DNA of 64,000 nucleotides from Sphagnum compactum (Eukaryota), in assembly GCA_965153455.1 (NCBI GenBank), contig OZ234493.1, positions 10,654,213 through 10,718,212 on the forward strand, written 5' to 3'. This document shows positions 50,901 to 63,972 of the stretch, piece by piece (position 1 is the stretch's first letter; each line of letters begins with the position of its first letter). Both the position numbers and the translations under genes were made by a program. Below the pieces are notes generated by a model, which worked only from the letters and a program-made list of their open reading frames with translations, did no database searches and was not told the origin of the DNA.

Positions 50901-52944
50901 TGGTTAAAACCAAACCCCCCACCTTGTAAACTCACTAGGATCATTAGTTGTACCCAAAGTATTTTTTGTTTCAAAATCCCATGGCATTTTTATGGTGACC
51001 TTTGTCTTTTGTCCCTAAACCTTGGGTTCGAAACCTTAATTATTAACAAATGTTGAACATGTAGGTTTAACCTAGCTTTAATTCCAGATACTTACACCCA
51101 CTAAAAAGATATTGAAGGTTAAATAAATGTGGGGTTCACTATAACACAATGATTATAGTATACTAGTCATCAACTTGGTCTCACCACCACAACCAAAAAT
51201 TGAAGTTGTTTCAATCATCACCTTGGGATGCAACTTGCAACAATGCCAACCCTTTAACAACATAACCCTATTAAACTTTAATCACTATGTTTAGGCGTAT
51301 CAAAAGTCAATTAAAACTTACACAATGGTTATAATTAGTGGGCAACTTTGTCCCATGCTTGACCATTAATCCATAAATTACACCCCTAAAGTTCACCATG
51401 AAAGTTAACATGTGTGGGACAGTTTGTAGCCTTTCACCTTCAGTTTCCCACTATGAAATACACTTAAGTTTTCAAGAAATCAACCTATGAACATGTCTTT
51501 TTTCTTTATGTTGTAAACCAATGGCCCACAATTCAACAAACCTTTTTACCTTTTGAAATCAAATGATAGCCCAATCAACATTATGACATGAAACAAGTGC
51601 ATAACTCAAAATAAAGTGTGAATAAACTTTTTCATAGAACATGAATTCCCATTTTTGCAATTCTTGTTCAAAACTTATGATAGAAATTCAAAACTTGATG
51701 ACATGGCATTCCTTGTCCACTGGTGGCATAACACTCCACCATCTATGGGTTATAGGAATGGTTGTTTGTTGAAATAAACATCAAGATGTTGAAAATTCAA
51801 TGAAAATTGGGTCTATGCACACCCTTCTCTATGCTTATGAAAAACCATCCAATTTTCTTGGGCTCCAAATGCATTGAATTTCCCATGTATGCAAACCTCT
51901 TTTCCAAAAGTCCGATAATGTAAAAGTCATTGCAATTTTAACAATATATGTGGGAGATATGAATTTCTAGAAAAACAATACCCACCAAAAAAATCTTAAT
52001 TTTTTCTCACATCCCAACATGAAATGATGAATTTTGTTTTAAAAAGAATTCTTGTTGAATTACTAACCTACTATTTGACTATTGACTAAAATGAAAATCA
52101 AATGGATGAAAAATCTTACATCCAAATTATGGACGAAAAGTGGCCCACTTGGATGAAATTTTTGAAGGGGTAAAAATCCAAGATTTTTTATAAAAACACG
52201 TGGCAAGTTGGGATTGGATTCAAACTTGCTTCTAGGTTTTAAAAACTTGAAAAATAAAATTAAAAAAAAGGGAGATTCATATTGGACCCCCTAATCTTTT
52301 AATCCTAGTTAATATCCAAAGCTCACGAAGATCCAAACATGTTGAACCTCCTAGCTTTGGAGAGGTTTAAAAAACTCCAAAACACTTGGCATTGGCATTG
52401 CCAAGCTTGAATTTGCAACAACAACTCATCCCTTTTTTTTTTTCTTTTTTTTCACACCTTGCCTCCTTTACTTTGTTGTAGCACCAAATGTTGTAGCTAT
52501 CATTCCTAGACTTAATGCGCAAAAATGAAAACCACAAGGAGGGGGAAAAGATTCCCCCACCTTACTTGGCTACTAGTGACAAACATCATTTGAGTTCCTA
52601 ACTCAACTATGTTGGTGGTGGTGATGCCAATTGTTGTCACTATCGTTATTTTTCCTAGCATGCCTGCCTACCAACAAATAAAAAGAGAAAGAGGGAGAGA
52701 GAGAATAAGAGAGAGAGGGGGAAAGGAAAGAAGAACAAGATATAAAATGAAGGGGAGGGATTTTTGTAACATAAGCAACCTTTTTGTTTGTGTTTTGCAA
52801 GTTTTTTTTCTTCTCCTTCCAACTCTAATGTACCCATGCCCTATTTGGGTCCAACTCCCAAAGGAGTTTTTGAACCAAATTTAATGTTGAAAACACAAAC
52901 TTTGTCGGGCCAAAAAGCAAACCAAGAAACACCCCCCGGTTACA
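47903..52944 (-). mobile_element. Decayed retroelement with gag zinc knuckle and aspartic protease relics (boundaries approximate)
   Basis: YSHCKIDGHDADHCFTLHP (CCHC knuckle, first Cys now Tyr) at ~49790-49845. RIMLDSNVQTLM...CPYQILTS..ARGLTK...VTSYDIF (DSG-type protease) at ~48500-48795. TG...CA limits, but no convincing TSD. Confidence 0.65.
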
Positions 52945-55900
52945 ACACCTATTTAGTTTTAAAATTCTCTAGTGCTTGCACAAAAATGAACTCAAAACTA
53001 TACACACATTAAAGCAAAATGAAACCTTGATGACAATTACTGCATAAAATTTCATGCAAAACACTCAACCCAACACAAAAACTATTGAATCTAGTTGCAT
53101 CACAACACAACTAAATCGAACTTTTGATGATTCTAAAGGTTATTACTTATAATATATGAATCCAAGACCAAAACACACGATAGAATCCACACAACAATGT
53201 GTACAAACAAAATTACATAAAAATGCAAAAAACCTATAACAACAAACTTGTATGTTTTAAAATTTCAAATCATCAAAAATGATTTGAGAACACACAACTT
53301 GAGATTATATCTAAAACATGAAATAACTTGAGCCTTCTTCACATTTGAACCAGTTTCAAGCTAAAACACAACTAACATACATTAGACCAATTTAACATTA
53401 ACCCAATTAGGACTTAATAGGGTAGTTAACTACCATTCTTCACATGTAATTTCCCTCTCACTCTTAAGGAACATGCATAAAACCCCACCAATATATGTTG
53501 GAAACATATTGATGGACATAAGTTGCCCTCCAAATTTACAATAGGAATTTTTTCTAAATGCTTTACAAGTTGAGATTTATAAATATGTGTACATTCTAAA
53601 ATATCCTTACTTGCCCAATGTCAACCTTTGACATTTATAGGAGGTTTAGATTGTATAATCATGAAAAATACAATAAATCAAGTAGCTTTTTCAATTAGAG
53701 TTGAAGCTAGATCATTAGGTTCAAGCATGAGTAAAGTGTTGATAATTAAATATAGTTGGTCTCTTATGCTAAAAGTGTACAAGTGTGGTGCTTGAAAAAA
53801 AAGAAAAGTTTTTCATAGTTTTTTACCTTTATCATCAAATTATAATTATATTTACATTTCAATAAAAGAAAGAAACATGTTGTATTGGTTTAACATTGAT
53901 ATTTGCAAAAGAAGGATAATTTTTAAATCTAGGTTTGAAACACAACAAAAAAAAATTAACATAAATTTAGGTACTTGTATCTAAATTTTTTAAAAGAATT
54001 TTTTTTTGTTGGCTTAGTGTCATTTAAAACAACTTTGAGTTTGGTTGGCTTATTGAAAGTTCCTTTGCAATTATTTATGTTTGTGAATCCTTAGCACTTT
54101 AAAAGCTTTTATGCAAGTATGCCACATGATACTAAAATTTTTGGTAAAAATTAATGTATCAAATAATATATTTTTATTGAACAAAAATTTGCATTAATGT
54201 GACCTCAAATTTGGGCTATTGAATATAAAAGGCTTTTTAGAAAAACAATTCCCTTACATCACAAAAAAATAATGAAGAAACTTTTGGCATCACCATAATG
54301 AGGACAATGGGAAGACACATGTCACTTCCCCATTGTTGAGGAAAATCCCTCATTTCACAAAGGACACCCCTTGCTTTAAACTTGGATTGTTAAATCTTTG
54401 CCATAATGGTTGTTGATTTTGCAACCTTAACCACTTCCTTCAAAGTTGTTTTTGCTAGTTCATTGAGTCCCTCTAACCCATTTTCATTAAGAATAGTGCA
54501 CTATAATTGACCATCGACTACGTACACTCATAGGGAAAATGAACACTCAACTTGAAAGCTTTGCAACCTTGTAGCCTCAAAGTTGTAGCTTGTGTGCCCT
54601 TTGATCTTTGTTACAAATTATGAAGGTGTTTAAATTCATGGTCCATGGACTTTGCAATCTATTTGTTTGGGTATATGCATTTTTATAGTGGTTCAAAAAC
54701 AACATATACAATATTCCATACAAGTCCATATTAGGTTTTTTTCCCAAATGGACAAGGCTATTGCTTTCAAAGATTTTGTTATTTTAATCTTTGACTACTA
54801 GATGTTCATCTACCTATGAAACCTTTTAAAATTTAGGTCAAAACTTAAATGAATGTTAAATGTTGATGTCATCCACTATGGTGGATGCAACTTGGAAATC
54901 CTAAAAGGAAAATCCATAAAGTCCACATAAATGAAAGCTCAACTAGAGATTTTTAAAACATGTTCATTAGCCAAATGTTTTTGGAAAACCAACAAAAATT
55001 ATGTTTTGAGAAAACACTTGAAAATAAGGTCCATATTTGATACTTTAAAAGTTTATAATTACCATTTGGTTAAGGTTTTCAAAGAAAATTTTTCTTACTT
55101 TACTTTGTTTTTTCATTTTTCAACACATATTTAATCATTATAAGCAATTTGAAGTGACATTCTACATGAATTCTTAAATTTATTAACAATCCAGTTACCC
55201 AACTAGTCCACATTTTAAAACTTCAAAAGTCCATTATTGACAATGAATGCATTATTCTAAAAAATTAGTTGTACAAATGTGTTGTTCATAATCAAGTTGT
55301 TAGTCTAGAATCAATTTTTGATTGATAAATTCAACATTATGTTATTGAGCACAAACATTTAAACATTATGCACCTTCCAAAACTTGCCATTGTGATTCCA
55401 AAAGTGAACCACTTTAGCTTCCAATCAACCATTGACCCTTTTTGCATGTGCATTGTGCATTTTGCAACATTTGGTGCTCATTTTTTAATGCACGTTATTT
55501 TATCGATTTGGCCAATCAATTGGAAAGTTGTTGAAATTAAGCTATTGCTTATCAATGATGAAGTGGTGCTTCAATGTTCAATGTTCAAGTTTCAAGAACC
55601 TTCAAAGGTCGAAGAAGTTTTTAACCCTTGATGATTGTTCATTTCATGGTCTAGAATCTTCATTTTTAAAATGTGCTTAATGACTTGCCTTTATTCATCT
55701 TGTTCATTTGCTTGTTTATGTACACACTTGTAATGTTGATTCACATGTCATAGTAACATAGTTTGGTGGAACTTGGAACTTTAATCTGAAGCTTAGTTTT
55801 TGTGAGGTTTTTGGTGTAACTCAAACCTCCCAATGCCTAAGGTTGTTTTCCTAACTATATAATAGTGTGTTTTGAAATGTGTAGTTGAACTCGATGTTTA

Positions 55901-56129
55901 TTGTTTGCATGTACATTTTGTGTGTGCAAATTGTCAATATTTATAACTATTGTAACTTGTTGAAACTTGATGTGCTTATGTGAGGTCTAGGGAACATGCA
56001 TGCTACTAAATACACTTGAGCCTTGTTGCACATTTACATTTAAGGTGGGCTATTCAAATTTTTTGTTGAACCTCCAAAGTCCAAAGTCAAGTCTATTGCT
56101 TGTGATTAGGGATTCAAGCTTGGGAATTA

Positions 56130-57660
56130 TTCTAAACTTCTTGCATGCATGGTTATACTATGCAAGATCATTGGCGTCACATACCTTTCTTGTTGAATGT
56201 GCAACATGTGTTTTTCAGATCTACAGTTGACAATATGACTTTATTGATCATGAACACAAGGGGGGTATGAAGGAAGAGGAACTTGTTTCAAGGTTGGTTT
56301 GTTTTGGTGCTAATGGGATCAATATCTTTCAAGGTTTTAAATCTACAGTTATAGTTTAGATCTAACATCAATATGTTTCATTCATCACCAATGTGCATTG
56401 TATGGTTCATTGGACAAATTTGGTAACACAAGCCCTCTTAAACCTATTTTTAGTGTCTTGCATTGAGAGTTGTTTGCAAATTTTGTGTGTTATTTTAATC
56501 ATAACATCAAAAGACACTTGGAGTTTACCAAAATGGTAAAAAACATGGATACTAAAAATAACAATATATTGTGGAACATCAAAACTATGCAAATATCCAT
56601 GATTAATCATGTCAAACATGTGTTGTTTAAATATTAACCTCTCCTCATGAAGATGACATTGGATGCACCCACCATAGCCTCCCCCACATCTAACTTGTGT
56701 TTCCTAATTTATGTAAAGATATTGTTGGGGTTGAATGCCATTATGGCACTCGTGGAGGCAATTAATTCTTTGATCAAATTTGCTCAAGGTTGCTTGATGT
56801 GTTTGTGATTTCATGGTAATATTCAAAATTTGTGAAAGGGATGTATATTGGATGTATTGTGACAACCATTCTTTTTTTCGAAATTGTTTTCATACCTTGA
56901 TCAATTTTGTTCATGCGAGTATGTGTCTTCAATTGGATTACAAATCTAAATTAAAGAACAAATCACCTAGCATTTGAATTTGTAAGGCGACATATTTGAA
57001 CCACATTTGTACAGTAGATGGGGGCATCTTGTTTTGTTACAATACCTATGTATGAAGAAGTTATGGCATTTGTGCATCGATAATGTGCAAAAGTCATTAA
57101 TAAGTTTATTATAGAGTTGCAAGGTTGATTCCTAGCTTAAGATTTGATGGATGAATTTCAAGTTGTGTACCTCCCATACTAGTTGCAACCAAAACCCAAA
57201 TTGAGGTTTGTTGTTCATTTGACAATTTTCAAACTTTGCGAACCTAAGAAGGTGGGGGCCCAATGAAATATGGGTTCCTAGACTATTTTCAGCCATTGCC
57301 CTTGACTTATAAAGATTTTTGTTTGTCCTTACCCTGAAGAACAATGCTAAATTGGTGATGTAAAAACCATTTGAACTTGACTGACTTACCAAGTTATGCA
57401 AAACCCTTTTCTCGTCACAAATTCTTGAATAGAAAATCCTTGAATACATCAAGTTGGTTGAACTTGTTGTGCAAGTTATATGTTTAATAAAAGATGAGCA
57501 ATGTTTTCCTATGGTCACTTTTATGAAAACTAAACTAAGAAATTGATCGACCATGCATTTAGAACTAGTCATTCAAATGTTTAGCTGGAAAATTTTCAGT
57601 ATGCAAAATTTCCCTTTTGGAGTAGCAATTCAAAATTGAAAAGATAATATAACTTGACAT
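56130..57660 (+). pseudogene. Decayed hAT transposase (ZNF862-like type)
   Basis: LVCFGANGINIFQG, VHCMVHWTNL (CxxH), YFNHNIKRHLEF, LWNIKT and the dimerisation-domain relic KDEQCFPMVTFMKTKLRN*STMHLELVIQMF. Confidence 0.88.
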
Positions 57661-58101
57661 GGTGTGGAAGCTTGAAGGTGAAAGTGGATTTTGAAGTTGT
57701 CCTTTATTTCCATGATCCATATATTTTTTTGGAATATGATGATTCATGAACCTTCAACCAAACCCCTTTATGTCCTTTAGGAATTAAGATTTGTTTTTCA
57801 CAATAAGGATGTAGAACTAATGTTTTATTTTAGTAAGTTAGGCTTTGTGCTGCAATGGGTAGAGCCTGTAGGGGTTAGGGTTCGATTCCGCATATAATTT
57901 TGCTGCCAAAATTTGGAAACAAAAAGGTAGTTATTCGCAAATGACTTGAAAAAAAAATGAGAGTTGTAGCTGCAAAACTTACTAAGAAAACTCTCCTGAA
58001 AAAAATCACATCCAACAATAATTTTTTCCCCTAATTGCTAAAGGACACATACTCCCCTGCCATGTAGGTGGGCAATTCAACACAGAATATGCCCATATCA
58101 G

Positions 58102-58245
58102 TGTATATTGGGTTTATACATACATCATATCTGGTTTACAGCCAGATTTGGCTAAATCTCCCTAAGGATGATTGCCATTTGTTCTACATCTTCCTATGAC
58201 CGATTGCCACTTAAGCAACATAAGAAAAACCCTTAGAAAAAACAC
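58102..58245 (+). mobile_element. Short copy of the dispersed tagccaaa..tggctaaat repeat family
   Basis: cagtgt start, core cagccagatttggctaaatctc..ggatgattgcca, end aaaaaacac. Confidence 0.55.
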
Positions 58246-59048
58246 CCATCCACAGATCAAAATTATTATTCAACAGATCAAAAACATACCTCTAAAAATC
58301 TGCAAAAGCATTATGAATGCAAAGCTGATGGATCCCTTGTAATCTTAGTATGGTCCCCCATGCCCCTTAGTTTGATTGGTCAAGTGTCAAATGGGTTTGG
58401 GTCAAATTTTTAATTTTATTTTCAATTTGTGACATCGAAAGAATTGGGGAGTGTTTTTTTTCCAAAAAATTAGCACAATTAGCCAAATTAAAAAGTAGAA
58501 AAACAAAAAAAAATTCAAAATTAATAACAAAATTTGTTGGAAAGAAAACACCAATTTGGGATATATGCACAAAGACTTATGTGGATTAGAACTGAGACAG
58601 CTCTCCTTCCTTATGTACTACATTGAAGCTTTTTCTGGGGAGTGGGTGGGGAGTTTTTAGCATGGAGAAAATTTGCAGCCAACATTAACAGTTGTTTTAA
58701 TTTTCATCATCTTCACAAGTCTTTTGTACACTTGCTCACAAACAAGCCACCCATCTACCCCAATCCTAACTAAGAAAAGTTTCAAAGAAAATTTCACTGT
58801 GAAGCAAGCCCTTGGGAGATTAAACTATTGTAAGCTAAACCCTAAATGCTTCATCTGATTTTCATGAATTTGGGGGAGGTGCAAGCTTCAGACATAGCTT
58901 GTGATTTCCCCTAAATCAGAAGCTAATTAATGTACAATTCTCTTCAATTCAGGATTCACAAATTGTGCTGTTCTCAAGAGGTTTGCAGCATGTGGAAGGG
59001 AGAGTGAATCTACATTTTTAAGGTAGCCTCCTCCCAATACACTACTAA

Positions 59049-59451
59049 GGCCGGGTTTACACTAGGAGTGAGGGCCAAAAAAACTTGGGGCCAACTTTGA
59101 GCATTTTTGGCCTTGTTGTTTGAGGAGCAACGAGTTACTAATAAATGCTAGAACATTGACGGTCATGATATTAATAAATGCTAAAACATTGGCCCCAAGG
59201 ATTGCAAATTGGCCTCCCAAATTCGATGGTATCCTTTTTTTTTCCGCCTTGGGGGCCAATATAAGGCCATAAAGTTCAGCATTTGTTAGTAACTTTGGGC
59301 AGATTGAAAAGATTTTTTTTTTTTCTAGTTCAGCCTTGACTCCTAGTGTAAAGAAAGGCCCTTGGGGGCTGATTTCAACTTTTGCACCAATAGGAATGCT
59401 TGATTGATTTGGGTTGAACATTGGGCCTGACTCCTAGTGTAAAGGGGGGCC
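59049..59451. mobile_element. PIF/Harbinger MITE (403 bp)
   Basis: TAA TSD at 59046-59048 and 59452-59454. TIR GGCC..TTTACACTAGGAGT / ACTCCTAGTGTAAA..GGCC. Confidence 0.9.
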
Positions 59452-59685
59452 TAAGAAATTGCTAGCCATGATGCTTTAGTGACGAAACAATAAACAAGTA
59501 GTAAATTAATTATAAGAAAACCCAAAAACATGCCAAGCAAGTTCAAGTTGCCATGGGTGGGGGGGGGGGAACATGCTCCTGTTGAAAACTTCAATCAAAT
59601 CATTGCCAATCAATGATTTGGTTTAATTGGGTTTCTTGGGAGGATGGCCATTACAACTTCATGACTTCAAAACACAAACAAGGTA

Positions 59686-59970
59686 GGAAATTTTTTAATT
59701 CACACCTTTTTTGGTTAAATTCACACCCTTTCTTCGCGCGTCCGATTATATGCAGATTAGGGTTTAAGCACGACCAGAGACAAGTCTCACTTTGAATACG
59801 TGGAAGGACGCAAGTGTGGGGTCTGTGGTCAATCAGGGCACAACTCGAGAACTTGCCCCCAGAAGTAATTGAACTGATAAAGGAACATACTCTTAAAGTT
59901 TAATCTGCATAAAATCGGACGCGCGAAGGGTGTGAATTTAACCAAAAAAGGTGTGAATTAAAATTTTTCT
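59686..59970 (+). mobile_element. Mutator-like (MULE) deletion derivative, 285 bp
   Basis: ~75-bp TIRs and 8-bp TSD ACAAGGTA (59678-59685, 59971-59978). The interior 59761-59868 encodes GLSTTRDKSHFEYVEGRKCGVCGQSGHNSRTCPQK*, a CX2CX4HX4C knuckle typical of MULE transposase C-termini. Confidence 0.92.
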
Positions 59971-60239
59971 ACAAGGTATTACAACTACTTGAAATTATAG
60001 GTAGTTTTTTTTCCTCTGGTTACAAACACTCGCTGCATGAATGAAGAGTGAGTGGTGGCCATGGTGATCAATGGTGATTGCAAGAAATAGCCCAGCATCA
60101 TCAAAATAGGAGGGGGAGTAAACCAGTCCCAATTGCTTTTTACTACCTATTGTAAGAAGAGCAATAGTGTGATCAATATTAATTAGTTGGGGGTGGATCA
60201 CAAGTCCACCCTTTTTTTTTTTTTTTTTTTTTTTTTTTG

Positions 60240-60500
60240 CAATGAGTTTTTTTGATTGGCCCATTGGAAAAAAAAAAAAAAGTTGAAACTATGGAAACTC
60301 CCCCAAATTAGAAGATTCTATTGAAAGATGGAGTGCCTCCCCCTTTGGCCCACCTACATAGGTGAGAAGTAGAGGACTTTGGGCAAAACATATAGGATTA
60401 ATGTGAGGTGCTATTGGGAACTCCCTTGGGGAACACATTGGGAACCCATTGGGAACTTGAAATAAACATAGCAGGAACATGTTGGGAACAAAGGACATTA
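60240..60500 (+). repeat. Dispersed repeat with internal (ca)ttgggaac units; partial relative at ~22835-22920
   Basis: Shared tgattggcccat...atgg..actccccca...tagaag. Several ttgggaac repeats. Confidence 0.55.
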
Positions 60501-61347
60501 TTTTAAAATCCCCCCCCCCCCCCCCCAAAAACCCCCCCCCTATGGGTGATTTTTGTTGGGTATTTATTATAGAATATTAGTAGTTTTTGTCGTTGTTTCT
60601 TTGTTATTGAAACTCAGTTTAACATGAAGGGGATTCTGACTTTGTTGGGGGTTATTTGTGTGCATTATGCTTGTATGTGTGTGATTTTGATAGTTTTGAT
60701 AGTGTTTGTTGCTGGTATGCAAGACATGCATTTGTCATAGTGAAAGCATGACCCATGAACAAAGACAAGAGGTTTGACATAGGTGTCATGAAGCATAAGG
60801 ACTACTCATACGTACTCTTGAAAATGATAGAGCACAAATTTGTCTATGTTCAACATATTTATGAAAGCTTTTTCAAAGTGTGCGATTAATCTTACACATG
60901 TCTCAAATTATACTAGGGAAGTTTGCAAAACAAGCACACATCATATTCCAACTCTTGTGAATGTGACCCTCATAAGTAATTGGTCTAAATGATAGGAAAA
61001 ACAACATTTTCAAAAAAACTAAAATGAAGACTACTAGGAATTCACTCAAATTGAATTCATCATATGATAATGACAAAAAATGGTTGCCACTAAATCTTGT
61101 GTGAGCTTCAAATTTAGGCAGTCCAATTACAATATCCAAATGGTTTGAAATAACTCAATATGATCATAAAGAGTCACAAATTCAACTCCTTTGAGAAGTG
61201 CATCTGGATATGATATCCCAACGGTTTGTGATACTTTGATGAAGGGACTTTTGAACATTTTGAGCTTAATGTTTGCATACCATTGGATACTTATTACATT
61301 GTATTGTGGTTGGAGTACAACCATTTGATGTACCAAAGTGATATGAA

Positions 61348-61695
61348 CAAGGGGTGTGTCACACTGTGGCGTTGCCATTACATTAAAAGGTATCTTAAGG
61401 CAAAAGAAGAATTATGAAAACTCAAATCTTTCACCATGCAAAAATATAATCTTCAAAAAATCCTCTAAAAGAAGCCAAAATCTTTCAACATATTATTATA
61501 ACTCTATAACTAATAATCTCAAGTTTCAACACAAGCCAAAATATCATATTTCAAAAATCCTCATATAAAAATAGACCTAATAACCTAGGGGCCAAAATTC
61601 ATTAAGCTACTATAAACTCTATAATGAATCTAAACACCAATATCCTTGCCTTGGTGGGCAAGGCCAACAAAATTAAAACTCTTTATATATATAGA
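61348..61695 (-). mobile_element. Helitron-like non-autonomous element, copy 1
   Basis: Minus strand starts TCTATATATATAAAG and ends with a GCCAC/GTGAC hairpin then CTTG|T. Closely similar to 63492-63820. Confidence 0.75.
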
Positions 61696-62749
61696 GGACT
61701 AAGTTTCATGTGGATTTTTTAATTTTTATTTTTTCACTTTGGGTTTTGATTGATATAAATATTACTTTGAAATTAGTAAAGTCTCAAGAACTCTCTGATT
61801 ACCATGTAAGTTAAGCTATGGCTTGGGTGTGGTGAGTGTGTAGAGAATTGGGGGTGCAAGCTGTATCCCTTTTTGCTGACTGACAATGTGCCCCCAATAA
61901 TGTCCTCCTGGGTGGCTAGGAAATGTGAAGAATTGGGGAAGAGAATGATGAGAAGAACCTACACTTATTTTTTGCTTGCAGAAGGGTGTGTCTCTCTGGC
62001 AGGCTGGCTTAGGGTCCCACTGAAGACAAAACCATGATGTGGGGTTCAAGAGCACAGTAGGTAGTTCAGGTCCCTACCATTTGTTTTTGCTTAAAAAGCT
62101 GCAATTTAGCCCTTGGATGGATGGATGGATGGATTTTCAGTGCTTTGGTGGATGACACCAAACATGATCTTTACAACCTGACTTCACTAAGTGTTAACCT
62201 TGATTGAATATATTGTAACATGAGTTTTTGGGGGTGGTGGGTTATAATAATAAAATATTCTTAATTTTTTTTGGCACTTCTAATAGTATATATATGCATG
62301 GCCAAAATGCAACCAGCCTGGGAGTTTGGGGGAGTACATGTTCTTTGCATTTTGTCCATTTCAGACCGATTCACATTTTATTTTATTTATATATTGAAAG
62401 CCTCATAATTCACCGCATTTTTTGCACTATAATGGAACCTGATGGATTTTTTTTTGCAGCTATGAAATGTAAAGGTGCTAATGGGATCTCTTTATACCCT
62501 TTCTGGAGCTCAAATTATAATCGGCCCTACACAACACAAGTAGAATGGGAGAGAGCGGTTAAGGGAGGGTGGCGGTGGGCAAGTCTAACAAGTAAGACGG
62601 TAGGAATTGTAAGTGGTTAGTATGTAGGTGCGTAAGTACGTAACCCACTTGGTGGCGACTAGGTAGTTAGATTTGTGTAGATGGTTGGTACATAGCTAAC
62701 CATGGTGACTAGCCGTGGAACAGAAATATAACCAAAAAAATCCAAAATA

Positions 62750-62995
62750 TCTTTTGGGGAATTTTCACTAGATTTTGTCCTGAAAAATTATGATTTCAAC
62801 CTATACAAGGGACTTTTCATGAAAAAAATGGCCCAAATTTGCCAGATTTGTATGATAAGTTCCAGTAGGTAACCAAGAATAAAGAAGGATCTTTTTTTGA
62901 AAAAAATGTGTACCTGATATAAAGCCAAATTTGGCTAAATTATTTTCTGGATAATTGCCACTTTGGCTACGTCGCAAAATCCTTTGAAAAACCTG
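62750..62995 (+). mobile_element. Uninterrupted copy of the dispersed tagccaaa..tggctaaat repeat family
   Basis: Matches both halves of 23484-24231. Confidence 0.65.
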
Positions 62996-63491
62996 GCAAG
63001 GAAGTCATTATTCCTGTTGACAGTTCACACACACTGGATCTATCTTGCAGGGTATGCTAGTGGGTGCTGGTTCACTCTGGCCAAATGTAAGTAAGGTGCA
63101 TATGGGCAGAAAATGATATGGAAATTTGCCCTTTAGGCTAAATACTAAACACCTCAAACTCTTTTCTAAGGTGGAGAATTTTCTTGCAACAAAAGAGTGT
63201 GCCAAGAAAAAAATAAAATAAACCTTCATTGCTGAGAATTGAGAAGTTAATTAGCACTGATGACAAAATTTTGATATTCTCACAATTTTTATTTTTATTT
63301 TTATTTTTATTTTTGGCTTCAAAAAGAAGAAACCCAGGAGCATTCATGTGTGCAAGCACCTTTGCATCATTCTTCTTGTAATTGAAAACTGGCAGTGTCA
63401 TACTTTGTCACTAGTCTCTAAAGGACTTTCAAAGCCATATATGCAAAGTTCTCAACAAATGGTTAATGTTGCTCAGTAATTCTCATACTAA

Positions 63492-63820
63492 CAAGGGGTG
63501 CGTCACGCTGTGGCCTTGCCATTATTTACATTAAAAAAGTTATCTTAAGGCAAAAGAAGAAGAATTATGGAAACTCAAATATTTCACCATGCGAAAATAT
63601 ATTAATCTTCAAAAAAGAAACCAAAATCCTTCAAGATATTATAACTCTATAATCAATCTCAAGTTTCAAAACAAGCCAAAATATCAGCTTTCAAAACTCC
63701 TCATATAAAATAAAACCTATTACCTTAGTAGGGGCCTATAAAAAATCCCTTAAGCTACTATACTCTATAAGGTATCTAAACACAATATCCTTCTTGCCTT
63801 GGTAGGCAAGGCCAATTAAA
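63492..63820 (-). mobile_element. Helitron-like non-autonomous element, copy 2 (5'-truncated)
   Basis: Colinear similarity to 61348-61675 over ~330 bp, with the same CTTG end. Confidence 0.75.
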
Positions 63821-63916
63821 TATTTCTGCTAACTGAATGAACCTTCATATATGCCTGCTTCTTCTGATCCAGCTTTAGAGCCTTGTTTGGGTCCCTTGTT
63901 ATATTATTATTACTTG

Positions 63917-63972
63917 TGAAGGGAAGGGAAGGGAAGGGAAGGGAAGGGAAGGGAAGGAGAGAGAGAGAGAGA
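63917..63972. repeat. (GGGAA)n + (GA)n microsatellite
   Basis: Directly visible. Confidence 0.95.
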
